From: Paludibacteraceae bacterium
Lineage (GTDB): Bacteria > Bacteroidota > Bacteroidia > Bacteroidales > Paludibacteraceae
DNA length: 64,000 nt
Direction of reading: 5' to 3'
Assembly: GCA_017471175.1 (NCBI GenBank)
Contig: JAFUVS010000002.1
Span: 14,732 to 78,731 of the forward strand
Shown here in pieces: positions 9,946-19,740 of the stretch; the first letter of the stretch is position 1, and each line of letters opens with the position of its first letter. The notes below the pieces were generated by a model. That model saw only the letters and a program-made list of their open reading frames with translations, was not told the origin of the DNA and did not search any database. The translations under genes were made by a program, and so were the position numbers.

Positions 9946-10004
9946 CATCTTTTGTACCTCATGTGTGTTTTATCGTCGTAAAAGTACCATCTTTTGTACC
10001 TCAT
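9946..10004. repeat. 17-bp exact direct repeat in the lon upstream region
   Basis: catcttttgtacctcat occurs at 9946-9962 and 9988-10004 (42-bp offset). Each copy is preceded by ttttatcgt, giving a ~40-bp degenerate duplicated unit. Confidence 0.8.
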
Positions 10005-10144
10005 ATTTATATTCTTCAATTCCTCTTTATATTTTATCATCAATTATAATCAGATTTTTCGACTTATAATAGGGATTTAGAAAAATACTATTTTACATAA
10101 TCGTAATTATAAGCAAAAAGATAGAAAAGGTAAGGCACAAATAC

Positions 10145-11332
10145 TTATGCCAATAATGCATCTGCAAGAGCTTCTAATTCAGCCTTTTGTTCTGCTTTGA
10201 GCGCACCACGAACGGTAACGGTCGGTTCTACGATTTCCACATTCTTGCACGGCGCAAGCATCTCTTTCATTACACGCACCGCTTGCGGAGCCCACGAACC
10301 GTTTTCAAGCAGTGCTACACGGCGGTTCTGATAGCCTTTCAAGCGCAGTTTATGCAGGAACATGTGCATAGGCGGGAAGATGTCGCCGTCATACGTAGTG
10401 CAGCACAATACGAGCCGGTTCATACGGAAAGCGTCTTCAATGGCTTCAGCCATATCATCGCGAGAAAGATCGGTTATGGCTACTTTCAGATTCATATTTC
10501 TTTCTCCCGCTTTTTGCCCGATGATTTGAGCCAACTGCTCGGCAGCGCGGCGTGTATTGCCGTGAATGGATGCGTAAGCCACTAATACTCCGTCAGTTTC
10601 CACATCGTATGCACTCCAAATAGTATATAAGCGCAGTGCTTCGTTCATTTTGTCGCCTTCGAGAACGGGTCCGTGTAGCGGCGCGATGGTGGCGAGTCCC
10701 CTACCCTTGTTTTCATCGGCAGTGAGGGTTGCCACTTTCTTGAGCACATTAGTAACCTGCGCGCCGTATTTGCCTACTATATTGAAGTAATAACGTCTTG
10801 CTTCACAAGCCCAGTCGTCTTCATCGGCGTGATAGACACCGAATTTACCGAATGCATCAGCGGAGAAAAGTACTTGTTCTTCAGCGCAATACGTCATAAT
10901 CACTTCGGGCCAGTGAATCATAGGAGCGGTGATAAATTGAAGCGTCATACCGCCTAATTCGAGCACACTACCCTCGCCTACTACCTGTATGTTTTTTGCC
11001 TCAAAACCAAACTGATTCATCATTACAACGGCTTGTTTGGAGCAAACGACGGTAGTTTCAGGGTACTTCTCAAGGAACGCGCCCATCGAACTGCTGTGAT
11101 CCGGCTCCATGTGCTGGCATACGAGGTAATCGGGCTGACGGTCGCCAAGTGCTTGCGCTACATTTTGCAGCCATTGGTCGGCGCAACGGCAGTCCACCGA
11201 ATCCATCACAGCCGTCTTGTCCGTGCCGAAAACGACATAACTATTGTAGCACATCCCTTCCGGAAGGGCATACTGACTCTCAAACAAATCAAGGTCGGCA
11301 TCGTCACAGCCGACATAACGAATGTTCTTCAT
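10145..11332 (-). CDS. A-type flavoprotein / flavodiiron protein (metallo-beta-lactamase-like plus flavodoxin domains)
   Basis: Di-iron motif HMEPDHSS and C-terminal flavodoxin-like VLVAYASIHGNTRRAAEQLA. It lies 18 nt downstream of a rubredoxin gene. Confidence 0.9.
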   Translation of the reverse strand: MKNIRYVGCDDADLDLFESQYALPEGMCYNSYVVFGTDKTAVMDSVDCRCADQWLQNVAQALGDRQPDYLVCQHMEPDHSSSMGAFLEKYPETTVVCSKQAVVMMNQFGFEAKNIQVVGEGSVLELGGMTLQFITAPMIHWPEVIMTYCAEEQVLFSADAFGKFGVYHADEDDWACEARRYYFNIVGKYGAQVTNVLKKVATLTADENKGRGLATIAPLHGPVLEGDKMNEALRLYTIWSAYDVETDGVLVAYASIHGNTRRAAEQLAQIIGQKAGERNMNLKVAITDLSRDDMAEAIEDAFRMNRLVLCCTTYDGDIFPPMHMFLHKLRLKGYQNRRVALLENGSWAPQAVRVMKEMLAPCKNVEIVEPTVTVRGALKAEQKAELEALADALLA

Positions 11333-11350
11333 ATCGTAGAAAACAGGTAT

Positions 11351-11509
11351 TTAGGCTTTTGAAAACTCGTCTTTACCTACTCCGCAGAGCGGGCATTTCC
11401 AGTTATCGGGCAGTTCTTCAAAGGGAGTACCGGGGGCGATGCCGTTGTCGGGGTCGCCTACGCTGGGGTCATATTCGTACCCGCATACGTCGCAAGTGTA
11501 TTTTTCCAT
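11351..11509 (-). CDS. Rubredoxin (52 aa), absent from the supplied ORF track
   Basis: Manual translation gives [52 protein letters not shown]. It has two CxxC knuckles (C6/C9, C39/C42) and the conserved [18 protein letters not shown] core. Confidence 0.92.
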   Translation of the reverse strand: MEKYTCDVCGYEYDPSVGDPDNGIAPGTPFEELPDNWKCPLCGVGKDEFSKA

Positions 11510-11567
11510 AAGTTGTTGTTTGATTTGTTATTAGTAAGTTTATTTATAGTCTGTTTTGAAGGATAAA

Positions 11568-13337
11568 TTATTTTTTCCGAATGTCAATCTGCAGTTCGTC
11601 AAGTTGTATTTGGTCGATGACGGACGGTGCGCCGAGCATCACGTCCTTGCCTTGGTTGTTTTTGGGGAAGGCGATGCAGTCGCGGATGCTGTCCAAGCCT
11701 GCAAACAGACTGACGAAGCGGTCCAAGCCGTAGGCGAGACCTCCGTGAGGCGGTGCGCCGTACTTAAAGGCATTCATCAGGAAGCCGAATTTCTGCTGTG
11801 CTTGTTCGGGGGTGAATCCGAGTACTTCAAATATTTTCTCTTGCAGCCCGGCATCGTGGATACGGATTGATCCGCCGCCGACCTCTACCCCATTGATTAC
11901 CATATCGTAGGCATTGGCGCGTACAGACGCAGGGTCGGTATCCAGCAGCGGTATATCTTCAGGTTTGGGGCTGGTGAAAGGATGGTGCATAGCCATCAGG
12001 CGTTGCTCTTCGTCCGACCATTCGTACATCGGGAAGTCAATAACCCACAGGCAGGAGAACTTCTTCGGGTCGCGCAAGCCCATTTGGCGTGCCATCTCAA
12101 GTCGCAGTTCACTCAATTGCTTGCGGGTTTTCATAGCGTCATCGCCGCTGAGAATCAAGATAAGGTCGCCTGCTTCGGCTTTCATCTGACGAGCAACGGC
12201 TTGCAGTTGGTCTTGCGTATAGAACTTGTCGATGGACGACTTGACCGTGCCGTCTTGTTCCACGCGCGCATAGACCATTCCTTTGGCTCCTACTTGCGGA
12301 CGGCGTACAAACTCCGTCAGGGCATCCAACTGCTTGCGCGTATAGACGGCTTGTCCTTTGGCGCATATACCGCCTATATAAGCGGCTGATGCGAATACTC
12401 CAAAGCGTTCGTTTTCCGCTTTCTGCTCTTCTATTGAGTGGAAGATGTCTTGCAGTTCGACAAAGCGCATATCGAAGCGTGTGTCGGGTTTGTCGCTACC
12501 GTAGTACTTCATTGCGTCAGCCCACGTCATACGCGGCAGAGCGGGCAAGTCGATGTTAAGGATGGTCTTGAACAGATGGCGGGTCATACCCTCGAACATC
12601 TGAAGTATATCCTCTTGCTCCACGAACGACATCTCGCAATCGATTTGCGTAAACTCGGGCTGACGGTCAGCACGCAGGTCTTCATCGCGGAAGCATTTGA
12701 CAATCTGGAAGTAGCGGTCGAATCCGCTAACCATCAGCAGTTGTTTGAGCGTTTGCGGCGATTGGGGCAAGGCGTAGAATGTACCCGGATTCATACGGGA
12801 AGGCACTACGAAGTCGCGTGCTCCTTCGGGGGTCGAGTTGACGAGGACGGGAGTCTCTACCTCAAGGAAGCCTTGTTGGTCGAGGTAGCGGCGTACTTCA
12901 AATGCCATTTTGTGGCGCAGTTCGAGGTTCTTGCGCACCGCCGTACGTCTGAGGTCGAGGTAGCGGTACTTCATTCTCAGGTCATCGCCGCCGTCGGTGT
13001 CGTCCTCAATGGTGAAAGGCGGCGTGAGGGCGGGATTAAGAACGTTCATCTCGCTCACTTCGATTTCTATTTCTCCGGTCGGGAGTTGCGGGTTTTTAGA
13101 TTGACGTTCAATCACTTTGCCCGTTACTTGAAGGACGTATTCGCGTCCGAGCGTATTGGCTTTATCGAAAGCCGCCGTACCTTGATTGAAAGCGAGTTGG
13201 GTGATACCATATCGGTCGCGCAGGTCAATAAAGGTCATTCCTCCCATTTTGCGGATGCGTTGCACCCAGCCGGCAAGGGTTACCGTTTGGTTCACATCGG
13301 CGAGTCGTAGTTCGCCGCAGGTTTTTGTACGATACAT
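11568..13337 (-). CDS. aspS: Aspartate--tRNA ligase
   Basis: 589 aa with N-terminal OB-fold [12 protein letters not shown]...VTLAGWV. Class II motifs include [18 protein letters not shown] and GGGSIRIH. Confidence 0.97.
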   Translation of the reverse strand: MYRTKTCGELRLADVNQTVTLAGWVQRIRKMGGMTFIDLRDRYGITQLAFNQGTAAFDKANTLGREYVLQVTGKVIERQSKNPQLPTGEIEIEVSEMNVLNPALTPPFTIEDDTDGGDDLRMKYRYLDLRRTAVRKNLELRHKMAFEVRRYLDQQGFLEVETPVLVNSTPEGARDFVVPSRMNPGTFYALPQSPQTLKQLLMVSGFDRYFQIVKCFRDEDLRADRQPEFTQIDCEMSFVEQEDILQMFEGMTRHLFKTILNIDLPALPRMTWADAMKYYGSDKPDTRFDMRFVELQDIFHSIEEQKAENERFGVFASAAYIGGICAKGQAVYTRKQLDALTEFVRRPQVGAKGMVYARVEQDGTVKSSIDKFYTQDQLQAVARQMKAEAGDLILILSGDDAMKTRKQLSELRLEMARQMGLRDPKKFSCLWVIDFPMYEWSDEEQRLMAMHHPFTSPKPEDIPLLDTDPASVRANAYDMVINGVEVGGGSIRIHDAGLQEKIFEVLGFTPEQAQQKFGFLMNAFKYGAPPHGGLAYGLDRFVSLFAGLDSIRDCIAFPKNNQGKDVMLGAPSVIDQIQLDELQIDIRKK

Positions 13338-13374
13338 ATTTTATTGTTTTACAATGTTTTTACTATTATACCTC

Positions 13375-14250
13375 CTACCCCACTTGCACATTGGGGTCAA
13401 TCTTCCTTATCAGTCCTTTCAGTACATCTCCGGGACCGAACTCATAGAACTCCGTGGCTCCGTCAAGTATCATATTCTTAACCGTTTGTGTCCAGCAGAC
13501 AGGTGCAGTGAGTTGGAGCATCAGGTTTTGCCGTATCTGTTCGGGATCGGTCTGCGGATAGGCATTCACATTCTGATAAACAGGACATACAGGGGTATGA
13601 AACTCCGTAGATAAGATGGCATCCTTCAACTCTTCCGCTGCGGGTTGCATCAGCGGCGAATGGAAAGCTCCTCCAACGGGCAGGCGTATGGCTCGTTTGG
13701 CTCCGGCGGCTTTGAGTTGGGCGCACGCCTGCTCTACTCCCTCGATGGTGCCGGATATGACCACTTGCCCGGGGCAGTTGAAGTTGGCGGCTATCACGAT
13801 GTGCCCCTGTACACGCTGGCAGATGTCGCTTACCTGTTCGTCTTTGAGTCCGAGAACAGCCGCCATCGTAGAGGGCTGCTTATCGCACGCTTTCTGCATT
13901 GCCTCGGCGCGCTTGCTGACAAGCAACAGCGCATCTTCGTAGCGAAGAGCTTCACAAGCCACTAAAGCGGAGTATTCGCCCAAACTGTGCCCCGCCACCA
14001 TATCCGGCTGCTGAATCGTCATCACGCGACTGGCCACCACGCTATGGATAAAAACGGCTGGTTGCGTAACGCGTGTCTGACGCAAATCCTCATCCGTTCC
14101 GTTGAACATTATTTCCGTTATCGGGAAACCAAGCAGCCAATCGGCTGTCTCAAATAGTTGTTTAGCAACGGGATAGGCATCATACAAATCTTTGCCCATA
14201 CCCGAATATTGAGCCCCTTGACCGGGGAAAACAAATGCACGCATAATCAC
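13375..14250 (-). CDS. fabD: Malonyl-CoA:ACP transacylase
   Basis: FVFPGQGAQ and active-site GHSLGEYSAL motifs, 291 aa. Confidence 0.95.
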   Translation of the reverse strand: MIMRAFVFPGQGAQYSGMGKDLYDAYPVAKQLFETADWLLGFPITEIMFNGTDEDLRQTRVTQPAVFIHSVVASRVMTIQQPDMVAGHSLGEYSALVACEALRYEDALLLVSKRAEAMQKACDKQPSTMAAVLGLKDEQVSDICQRVQGHIVIAANFNCPGQVVISGTIEGVEQACAQLKAAGAKRAIRLPVGGAFHSPLMQPAAEELKDAILSTEFHTPVCPVYQNVNAYPQTDPEQIRQNLMLQLTAPVCWTQTVKNMILDGATEFYEFGPGDVLKGLIRKIDPNVQVG

Positions 14251-14322
14251 TGATTTTTTGGAGCGGCAAAATTACAAGAATCTATGTATTTATGCAAAAC
14301 AGTATTTCGTTTTCACGCGAAA

Positions 14323-15999
14323 CTATCCGATAAGTTTCTTGTAGCGAATACGTTTAGGTTGCGTGCTGTCTTCGCCGAGCCGCATCCGTTTGTTTTGTTC
14401 GTAGTCGCTGTAAGAGCCTTCAAACCAATAGACTTGGCTGTCGCCTTCGTATGCGAGGATATGGGTGCAGATACGGTCGAGGAACCAGCGGTCGTGGCTG
14501 ATGACCACAGCGCATCCGGCGAAGTTCTCCAAGCCTTCTTCCAAGGCGCGTAACGTATTGACATCTATATCGTTGGTCGGTTCGTCCAATAGCAGCACAT
14601 TCGCTTCCGACTTGAGTGTCAATGCCAAGTGCAGCCGGTTACGTTCGCCGCCCGACAGTACGCCGCATTTCTTCTCTTGGTCAGAGCCGGTGAAGTTGAA
14701 GCGGCTCAAATAGGCTCGGGCATTGATTTCCCGTCCGCCTACACGGATGAACTCCGTGCCGCCTGAAATGGTCTCATAGACCGTCTTTTCAGGGTCTATA
14801 TTGGAGTGCACTTGGTCCACATATCCGATGCGAACCGTCTCGCCCACCGCGAACGTGCCTTTGTCCGCTTTCTCCATTCCCATTATCATTCGGAACAGGG
14901 TTGTCTTGCCTGCTCCGTTCGGACCGATTACGCCCACTATCCCGTTCGGCGGAAGCATAAAGTTCATATCTTCAAAGAGAATCCGGTCGCCGAAGGCTTT
15001 CGCCACGTGTTCGGCATTGATGACTTTGTTGCCCAAGCGCGGACCGTTAGGGATATAGATTTCGAGTTTCTCTTCCCGTTCTTTCTGCTCTTCGTTCAGC
15101 ATACGGTCGTAAGCGGCAAGACGGGCTTTTCCTTTGGCTTGGCGTGCTTTGGGAGCCATACGCACCCACTCCAACTCGCGCTCGAGGGTCTTGCGGCGTT
15201 TGGAAGCCTGTTTCTCTTCCTGTGCCATACGGGTGGTTTTCTGCTCCAACCACGATGAGTAGTTGCCTTTCCACGGAATGCCCTCGCCTCGGTCTAATTC
15301 GAGAATCCATCCCGCCACGTTATCCAAGAAATAGCGGTCGTGCGTGATGCAGATGACCGTTCCGGCGTATTGGTGCAGGTGCTGTTCGAGCCAGTCGATG
15401 GATTCGGCATCAAGGTGGTTGGTCGGCTCGTCCAGGAGGAGTATATCGGGCTGTTGCAGCAGCAGCCGGCAGAGTGCCACACGACGGCGTTCGCCGCCGC
15501 TCAGGTTCTTGACGAGCGCATCGTCATCGGGGCAACGCAATGCGTCCATAGCCCGATTCAGTTTGGTATCGATGTTCCATGCATCGCAGGCATCCAAGCG
15601 GTCTTGCAGCTCCGCCTGACGTGCTAATAACTTGTCGAAATCGGCATCCGGCTCGGCAAAAGCCGCATTGACCTGCTCGTATTCGGCAAGCGCGTCCATC
15701 ACGGGCTGCACGCCTTCCTGCACGCATTGCCGAACGGTCTTGTCAGGGTCCAGTTTAGGGTCTTGCTCAAGGTAGCCCACCGTGTAGCCCGGGGAGAATA
15801 CGACCTGCCCTTCGTAGTTCTTCTCCACACCGGCTATGATTTTCATCAGCGTGGACTTACCGGCACCGTTCAAACCGATAATGCCGATTTTTGCGCCGTA
15901 GAAGAAACTCAGATAGATATTGTTAAGTACTTTTTTCTGGGGACTGAAAGCCTTGCTTACCCCCACCATCGAAAAGATGATTTTCTTGTCGTCTGCCAT
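14323..15999 (-). CDS. ettA: ABC-F ATPase, energy-dependent translational throttle protein
   Basis: Two ABC cassettes (GLNGAGKST, GPNGAGKTT; LSGGERRR, LSGGERNR) with no TM domain. Length of 558 aa is typical of EttA. Confidence 0.92.
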   Translation of the reverse strand: MADDKKIIFSMVGVSKAFSPQKKVLNNIYLSFFYGAKIGIIGLNGAGKSTLMKIIAGVEKNYEGQVVFSPGYTVGYLEQDPKLDPDKTVRQCVQEGVQPVMDALAEYEQVNAAFAEPDADFDKLLARQAELQDRLDACDAWNIDTKLNRAMDALRCPDDDALVKNLSGGERRRVALCRLLLQQPDILLLDEPTNHLDAESIDWLEQHLHQYAGTVICITHDRYFLDNVAGWILELDRGEGIPWKGNYSSWLEQKTTRMAQEEKQASKRRKTLERELEWVRMAPKARQAKGKARLAAYDRMLNEEQKEREEKLEIYIPNGPRLGNKVINAEHVAKAFGDRILFEDMNFMLPPNGIVGVIGPNGAGKTTLFRMIMGMEKADKGTFAVGETVRIGYVDQVHSNIDPEKTVYETISGGTEFIRVGGREINARAYLSRFNFTGSDQEKKCGVLSGGERNRLHLALTLKSEANVLLLDEPTNDIDVNTLRALEEGLENFAGCAVVISHDRWFLDRICTHILAYEGDSQVYWFEGSYSDYEQNKRMRLGEDSTQPKRIRYKKLIG

Positions 16000-16027
16000 A
16001 ATGAATGGTTGTGATTTTTAACGCCCG

Positions 16028-16035
16028 CAAAGTTA
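16028..16035 (-). promoter_or_regulatory. Candidate -7 box (TAACTTTG) for ettA
   Basis: Plus-strand caaagtta at 16028-16035, ~30 nt upstream of the ettA ATG (15999). Confidence 0.45.
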
Positions 16036-16293
16036 CATATTATTTGCGGAACAAGCAAGATTATTTTCTAAAAATCCTCTCTTTTTGTACAAAGACGGGT
16101 TAGAGGATCTGCTTTTATGAGCCGTGTTACATACTGTTGAACAGAATAGACTCAAGAAACATATACCCTTCCATATAGAGGCAAAAAAATGCCCAAATCT
16201 ATCACCTAAAAAGCAACTTTTTTTACTTTTTTTTGCATTTTCTTTATAAACGGCTCTAAATGAGGCGATGTCAGAATAGGATTCTGACGCAAC

Positions 16294-16319
16294 AAAGAAA
16301 AAAGCGGCTCCCAGCCGCT
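16294..16319 (-). terminator. Intrinsic terminator hairpin downstream of the LRR gene
   Basis: Minus strand reads AGCGGC-TGGGA-GCCGCT followed by TTTTTTCTTTG. Confidence 0.55.
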
Positions 16320-16334
16320 ACAATAGACGAAAAG

Positions 16335-16381
16335 GAAATCCCTTACCGACAACTGTTTAGCAATTGCCTGTAAGGGATTTC
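16335..16381 (-). terminator. Long-stem hairpin immediately after the LRR gene stop
   Basis: An 11-bp stem gaaatccctta / taagggatttc flanks a ~25-nt loop, 28 nt downstream of the stop at 16409. Confidence 0.4.
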
Positions 16382-16408
16382 TTATAATCAAGGGGACAAG
16401 TATTGCTT

Positions 16409-18769
16409 TTATTGGATTTTTTGCCCCTGAAGTGAATAGAGTCTGTCACCACGTAGTATATACACATGCCCGTCAAGCATGATTTTCCGCACCTGCGGGT
16501 CATCTATATCGGCAACAACAGCCCCCACACCCGTTGAGGTCTTTACCGCAAAATGTGCCGTCAGGTCCACCGCAGCGGTCACCGTAATGAAACGCGGGTT
16601 GTCCACGTTGCCGTCACTCCAACGGCTGAACACATATCCTTCCGCCGGCTGAGCATAAATCATCACCTGTGCGCCAAGTTCGTATGCACACCCTTCGGTG
16701 GTCCAGCCTTCCGCAGCCACTTCCGGCGACACGTTCAGTTCATACAAGGTCGGTGCTACAGGATCCTGTGCAAAATTGGCGAAGTACATAGCATCCGCCT
16801 TGACCGTCACCATACGTGGGTTGTCCGTGTTGCCGTCATGCCATTGGGTGAAATGGTAACCATCGTTAGCAACCGCAAATATGGCTACCTGCATATCTGC
16901 CTCGTATGTACCCTGCCCGTAAGCCGTACCCTGCGAAGCATTGGTGGAGGTGGTGGTCAAGGTATATTTCTGCACCACTGCATCCTTCTCAAACTGCGCT
17001 ACAAACGAGGCATCCGCCGCAACCGTCACCATACGCGGATTGTCCTTGTTGCCGTCTGACCATTGCGTGAAGTGGTATCCCGTATTGGCTACGGCAACCA
17101 ATGTGGTTTGTTTGCCGGACTCAAATGCTCCGCCTCCTACGGCAGTGCCTTCAATCGCGTTGGCGGTAGCGGTTATTGTGTATGTAGGCGCAACAGCGGC
17201 AAAATAGGCTGTGTATGTCAGATCGGCTGTCACTTTCACTGTCCGTGGGTTGTCTTTGCTGCCATCGTTCCAATGGTCAAACTGATAACCTGCTTTGGGC
17301 AGCGCGCTTATGACTACTTCATCGTCCTCGTCATAACTGCCAGAAGGAGTGGTCGTGCCTTGTGTGTTGTCAGCAGACAAGACTGTGAGTGAGAACTCGC
17401 GTGGGTCGTTTGCTACGATACCAAGGTGCATGTTTTTCCATATATTAGCCGCACTGTATGCATCCATGGCTTTCTCCCGCACATTGAGGTCTATAGACAT
17501 CAGGTCGCTGTAGTCGGTAAACACAGTATTGTCGATAAAAGGAGGATTGACGGCATAGATATTGATGGTCGTCAAATTGCCGCCGTATCCGAAAGCGTAA
17601 GTTCCCAATGTCTGAATACCTTTTCCAAAAGTCAGTGTGGTAAGGCTGTAGCAACCGCTGAACGCATACTGGTTGATGGTCGTCACATTGTCGGGTATAG
17701 TTAACTCTGTGAGTGATGAACAGCCGCAAAACGCATTTTTGCCTATTTCCGTCAAACCTGCACCGAGTTTCAAAGATACCAGTCTATTATTTTCATAGAA
17801 AGCGTAATCTCCTATTGTTTTTACATTGTCAGGAATAACAAGATTACGCAGTTCGCCTTGAAACTTGTAGCACAGATAGGCAGGAATATGCTCCACTTCG
17901 TCACCGAAGGTGATTTGGGTCGTCCAGTTGTTTATAGCTATGTTGCGGTTGGGATCAGAATTAATTATATAGTATTTACTAGAACTACTACCACTATAAT
18001 AAAACTCTCTATAAGTATAATAAGGGTTGTCAATTCTATATCTATACCCCTCTTTATCACTACTAGTAGTATATAAATATACATTAGCGTCATACCATTT
18101 CATATCAGGAAGACTAAAATTATATATCGAAAAAGGCGATGCAAGGACACTGACAAAATCCGAGCAATGTTTAGCATTCCATATTATTTTTGCCAAATTT
18201 TTGCAGTTATAAAACGACTGAAAGCCCATATCCTCTACCGTAGAAGGGATGGTTATGCTTTTCAGTTTCTGCAATGCTCCGAAAGCCCATGCACCGATAT
18301 AAGTGAGTCCATCATTCAACGTTACCTCCGCAAGCATCGAGCAGTCGGCGAAAGCTTGCTCCTCTATGCGTTTGACGCTTGAGGGGATGTTGATTTTCGC
18401 GAGGGAGGAACAACCGTAAAAAGCAAAAGCGTCAATTATCTCGCAACCTTCGGATATGGTGACGCTGTTAAGCAAGGTGCATTTATGGAATGCGTATGAA
18501 CCGATAGAAGTAACAGTAGAAGGAATAACAACGGAGGTTATACTCCTTTGTTGAAATGCTTTGGGACCAATACCGGTTACCGTGTAATCGCGGTTGTTGT
18601 AATTGACCTGTTCGGGGATGACAATGGCACCCGAATAATAACTATCTTGTACTACCGTAGCGGTGCGGGTGGTCGCATTAAGGCTGTACACAATGCCGTT
18701 GATTGTCTCGGCGAAGTTTGTGCCTGTCCATAGAATGCTGATGAACAAGGCGAGCTAAAGTTTTTTCAT
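16409..18769 (-). pseudogene. BspA-type leucine-rich-repeat surface protein with Listeria-Bacteroides (InlB B-repeat-like) domains; signal peptide interrupted by in-frame TAG
   Basis: ATG 18769, AAA, AAA, CTT, then TAG (18755-18757), then LALFISILWTGTNFAE in the same frame. The body has LRR_5-type repeats (IPSTVTSIGSYAFHKCTLL...) and four GY-x-F-x-x-W-x-DG repeats. The track ORF starts at TTG 18748. Confidence 0.7.
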
Positions 18770-19169
18770 TTGTTTGTTGATTTTTAATTTTGCCTACACA
18801 CTTATGGCTTTTCGGCATCCTCCATCGAATACAATACAAAAAAAGTGGACTCGACATTGTCGTTCCACCTTATGAGGCCTTCGCATTGCCCGAAACAATA
18901 GAACCGACAACGCAAAGCCCACAACGAATATATGAGATACCAACTATATACACCAACCACTACCCATAAGGTGCAAAGGCATATACAGACACGATTCTTC
19001 CTATATTCACGGAGCATTTATCGTTGCTAAGTCCTGATTGTTTCTGAAAGTTGCGAAGTTCCATAAGGTCAGAACGGAGCGCAATAAACGCATTTCAATA
19101 TGTTTCCGCTTTTTTACGCTGTCGGAACCAGCGGTGCTGCTGTTTTACGTCGGCAGAGGACGGTGATGG

Positions 19170-19418
19170 TTATAATGCTACGCCATATTCATATATAGCA
19201 TCGCTCGGCAAGTCAATTCGGTCATTCCAATAGATACAAGTGCGACTCGCATCCAACTGCGCATTTTCAAAGAGACCATACTCTGTCTCAAGATCATGAA
19301 AAGCAGGCAAAGTTTTAATATCCTCTGCTACATCATAACGCACCCGCCGCCCATCGTCAAACGAAACGAGCAACTGGTAATCCGCAAGCGGCTGGTATGA
19401 CTTGATACGCGGTATCAT
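19170..19418 (-). CDS. DUF2442-family small protein
   Basis: MIPRIKSYQPLADYQLLVSFDDGRRVRYD...IYWNDRIDLPSDAIYE fits the DUF2442 pattern. It starts 12 nt after the DUF4160 stop. Confidence 0.75.
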   Translation of the reverse strand: MIPRIKSYQPLADYQLLVSFDDGRRVRYDVAEDIKTLPAFHDLETEYGLFENAQLDASRTCIYWNDRIDLPSDAIYEYGVAL

Positions 19419-19429
19419 TGATTTGGATG

Positions 19430-19687
19430 TTAATCTTTTAATGGTGGTAGTTTTATGATTTTCTGTGTGTTCCACATTTCTTGCAGTTCATCTTTATGCT
19501 CACTTAACCACTCTTTCACCATCTTTTGAGCACGGTTAGGCAGGTCACCTTCTGTCATCTCAAATGTATTGATGTCAAACACGCCCATATATTCTTCATA
19601 AAGCGCATGTATGTGTGCAGGTTCGTGTTCTTTGGGCTTAAAGAACATCTTAATGATGATTCCGTAAAAGCGGCTGACTTCAGGCAT
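19430..19687 (-). CDS. DUF4160-family small protein
   Basis: MPEVSRFYGIIIKMFFKPKEHEPAHIHALY is the DUF4160 signature. Start chosen at ATG 19687, downstream of the promoter box. Confidence 0.75.
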   Translation of the reverse strand: MPEVSRFYGIIIKMFFKPKEHEPAHIHALYEEYMGVFDINTFEMTEGDLPNRAQKMVKEWLSEHKDELQEMWNTQKIIKLPPLKD

Positions 19688-19732
19688 AAGTATTTTTTTT
19701 ACGTTGGCAGGGACGATAATGGTTTGCGGCGG

Positions 19733-19740
19733 CAAAGGTA
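19733..19740 (-). promoter_or_regulatory. -7 box (TACCTTTG) for the DUF4160/DUF2442 pair
   Basis: Plus-strand caaaggta at 19733-19740, 46 nt upstream of ATG 19687. Confidence 0.5.

Noticed and set aside
12438-13310. Long antisense ORFs opposite well-supported genes. The others are 23894-25096, 27979-28977, 28959-29843, 30154-31050, 33260-34273, 35634-36584, 37761-39107, 50022-50747 and 56553-57329.
   Set aside because: Each lies entirely inside a gene with strong family motifs on the other strand. Their translations are low-complexity or motif-free (for example poly-Leu opposite the BatC poly-Gln tract). They are the expected by-product of codon bias. I see no evidence for overlapping genes.
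18755-18757. TAG recoding (stop-codon reassignment) as an explanation for the in-frame stop
   Set aside because: TAG terminates other well-defined genes in the window (the yebC-family gene at 57315-57317 and the MBL hydrolase at 58672-58674). No other gene shows internal TAGs.
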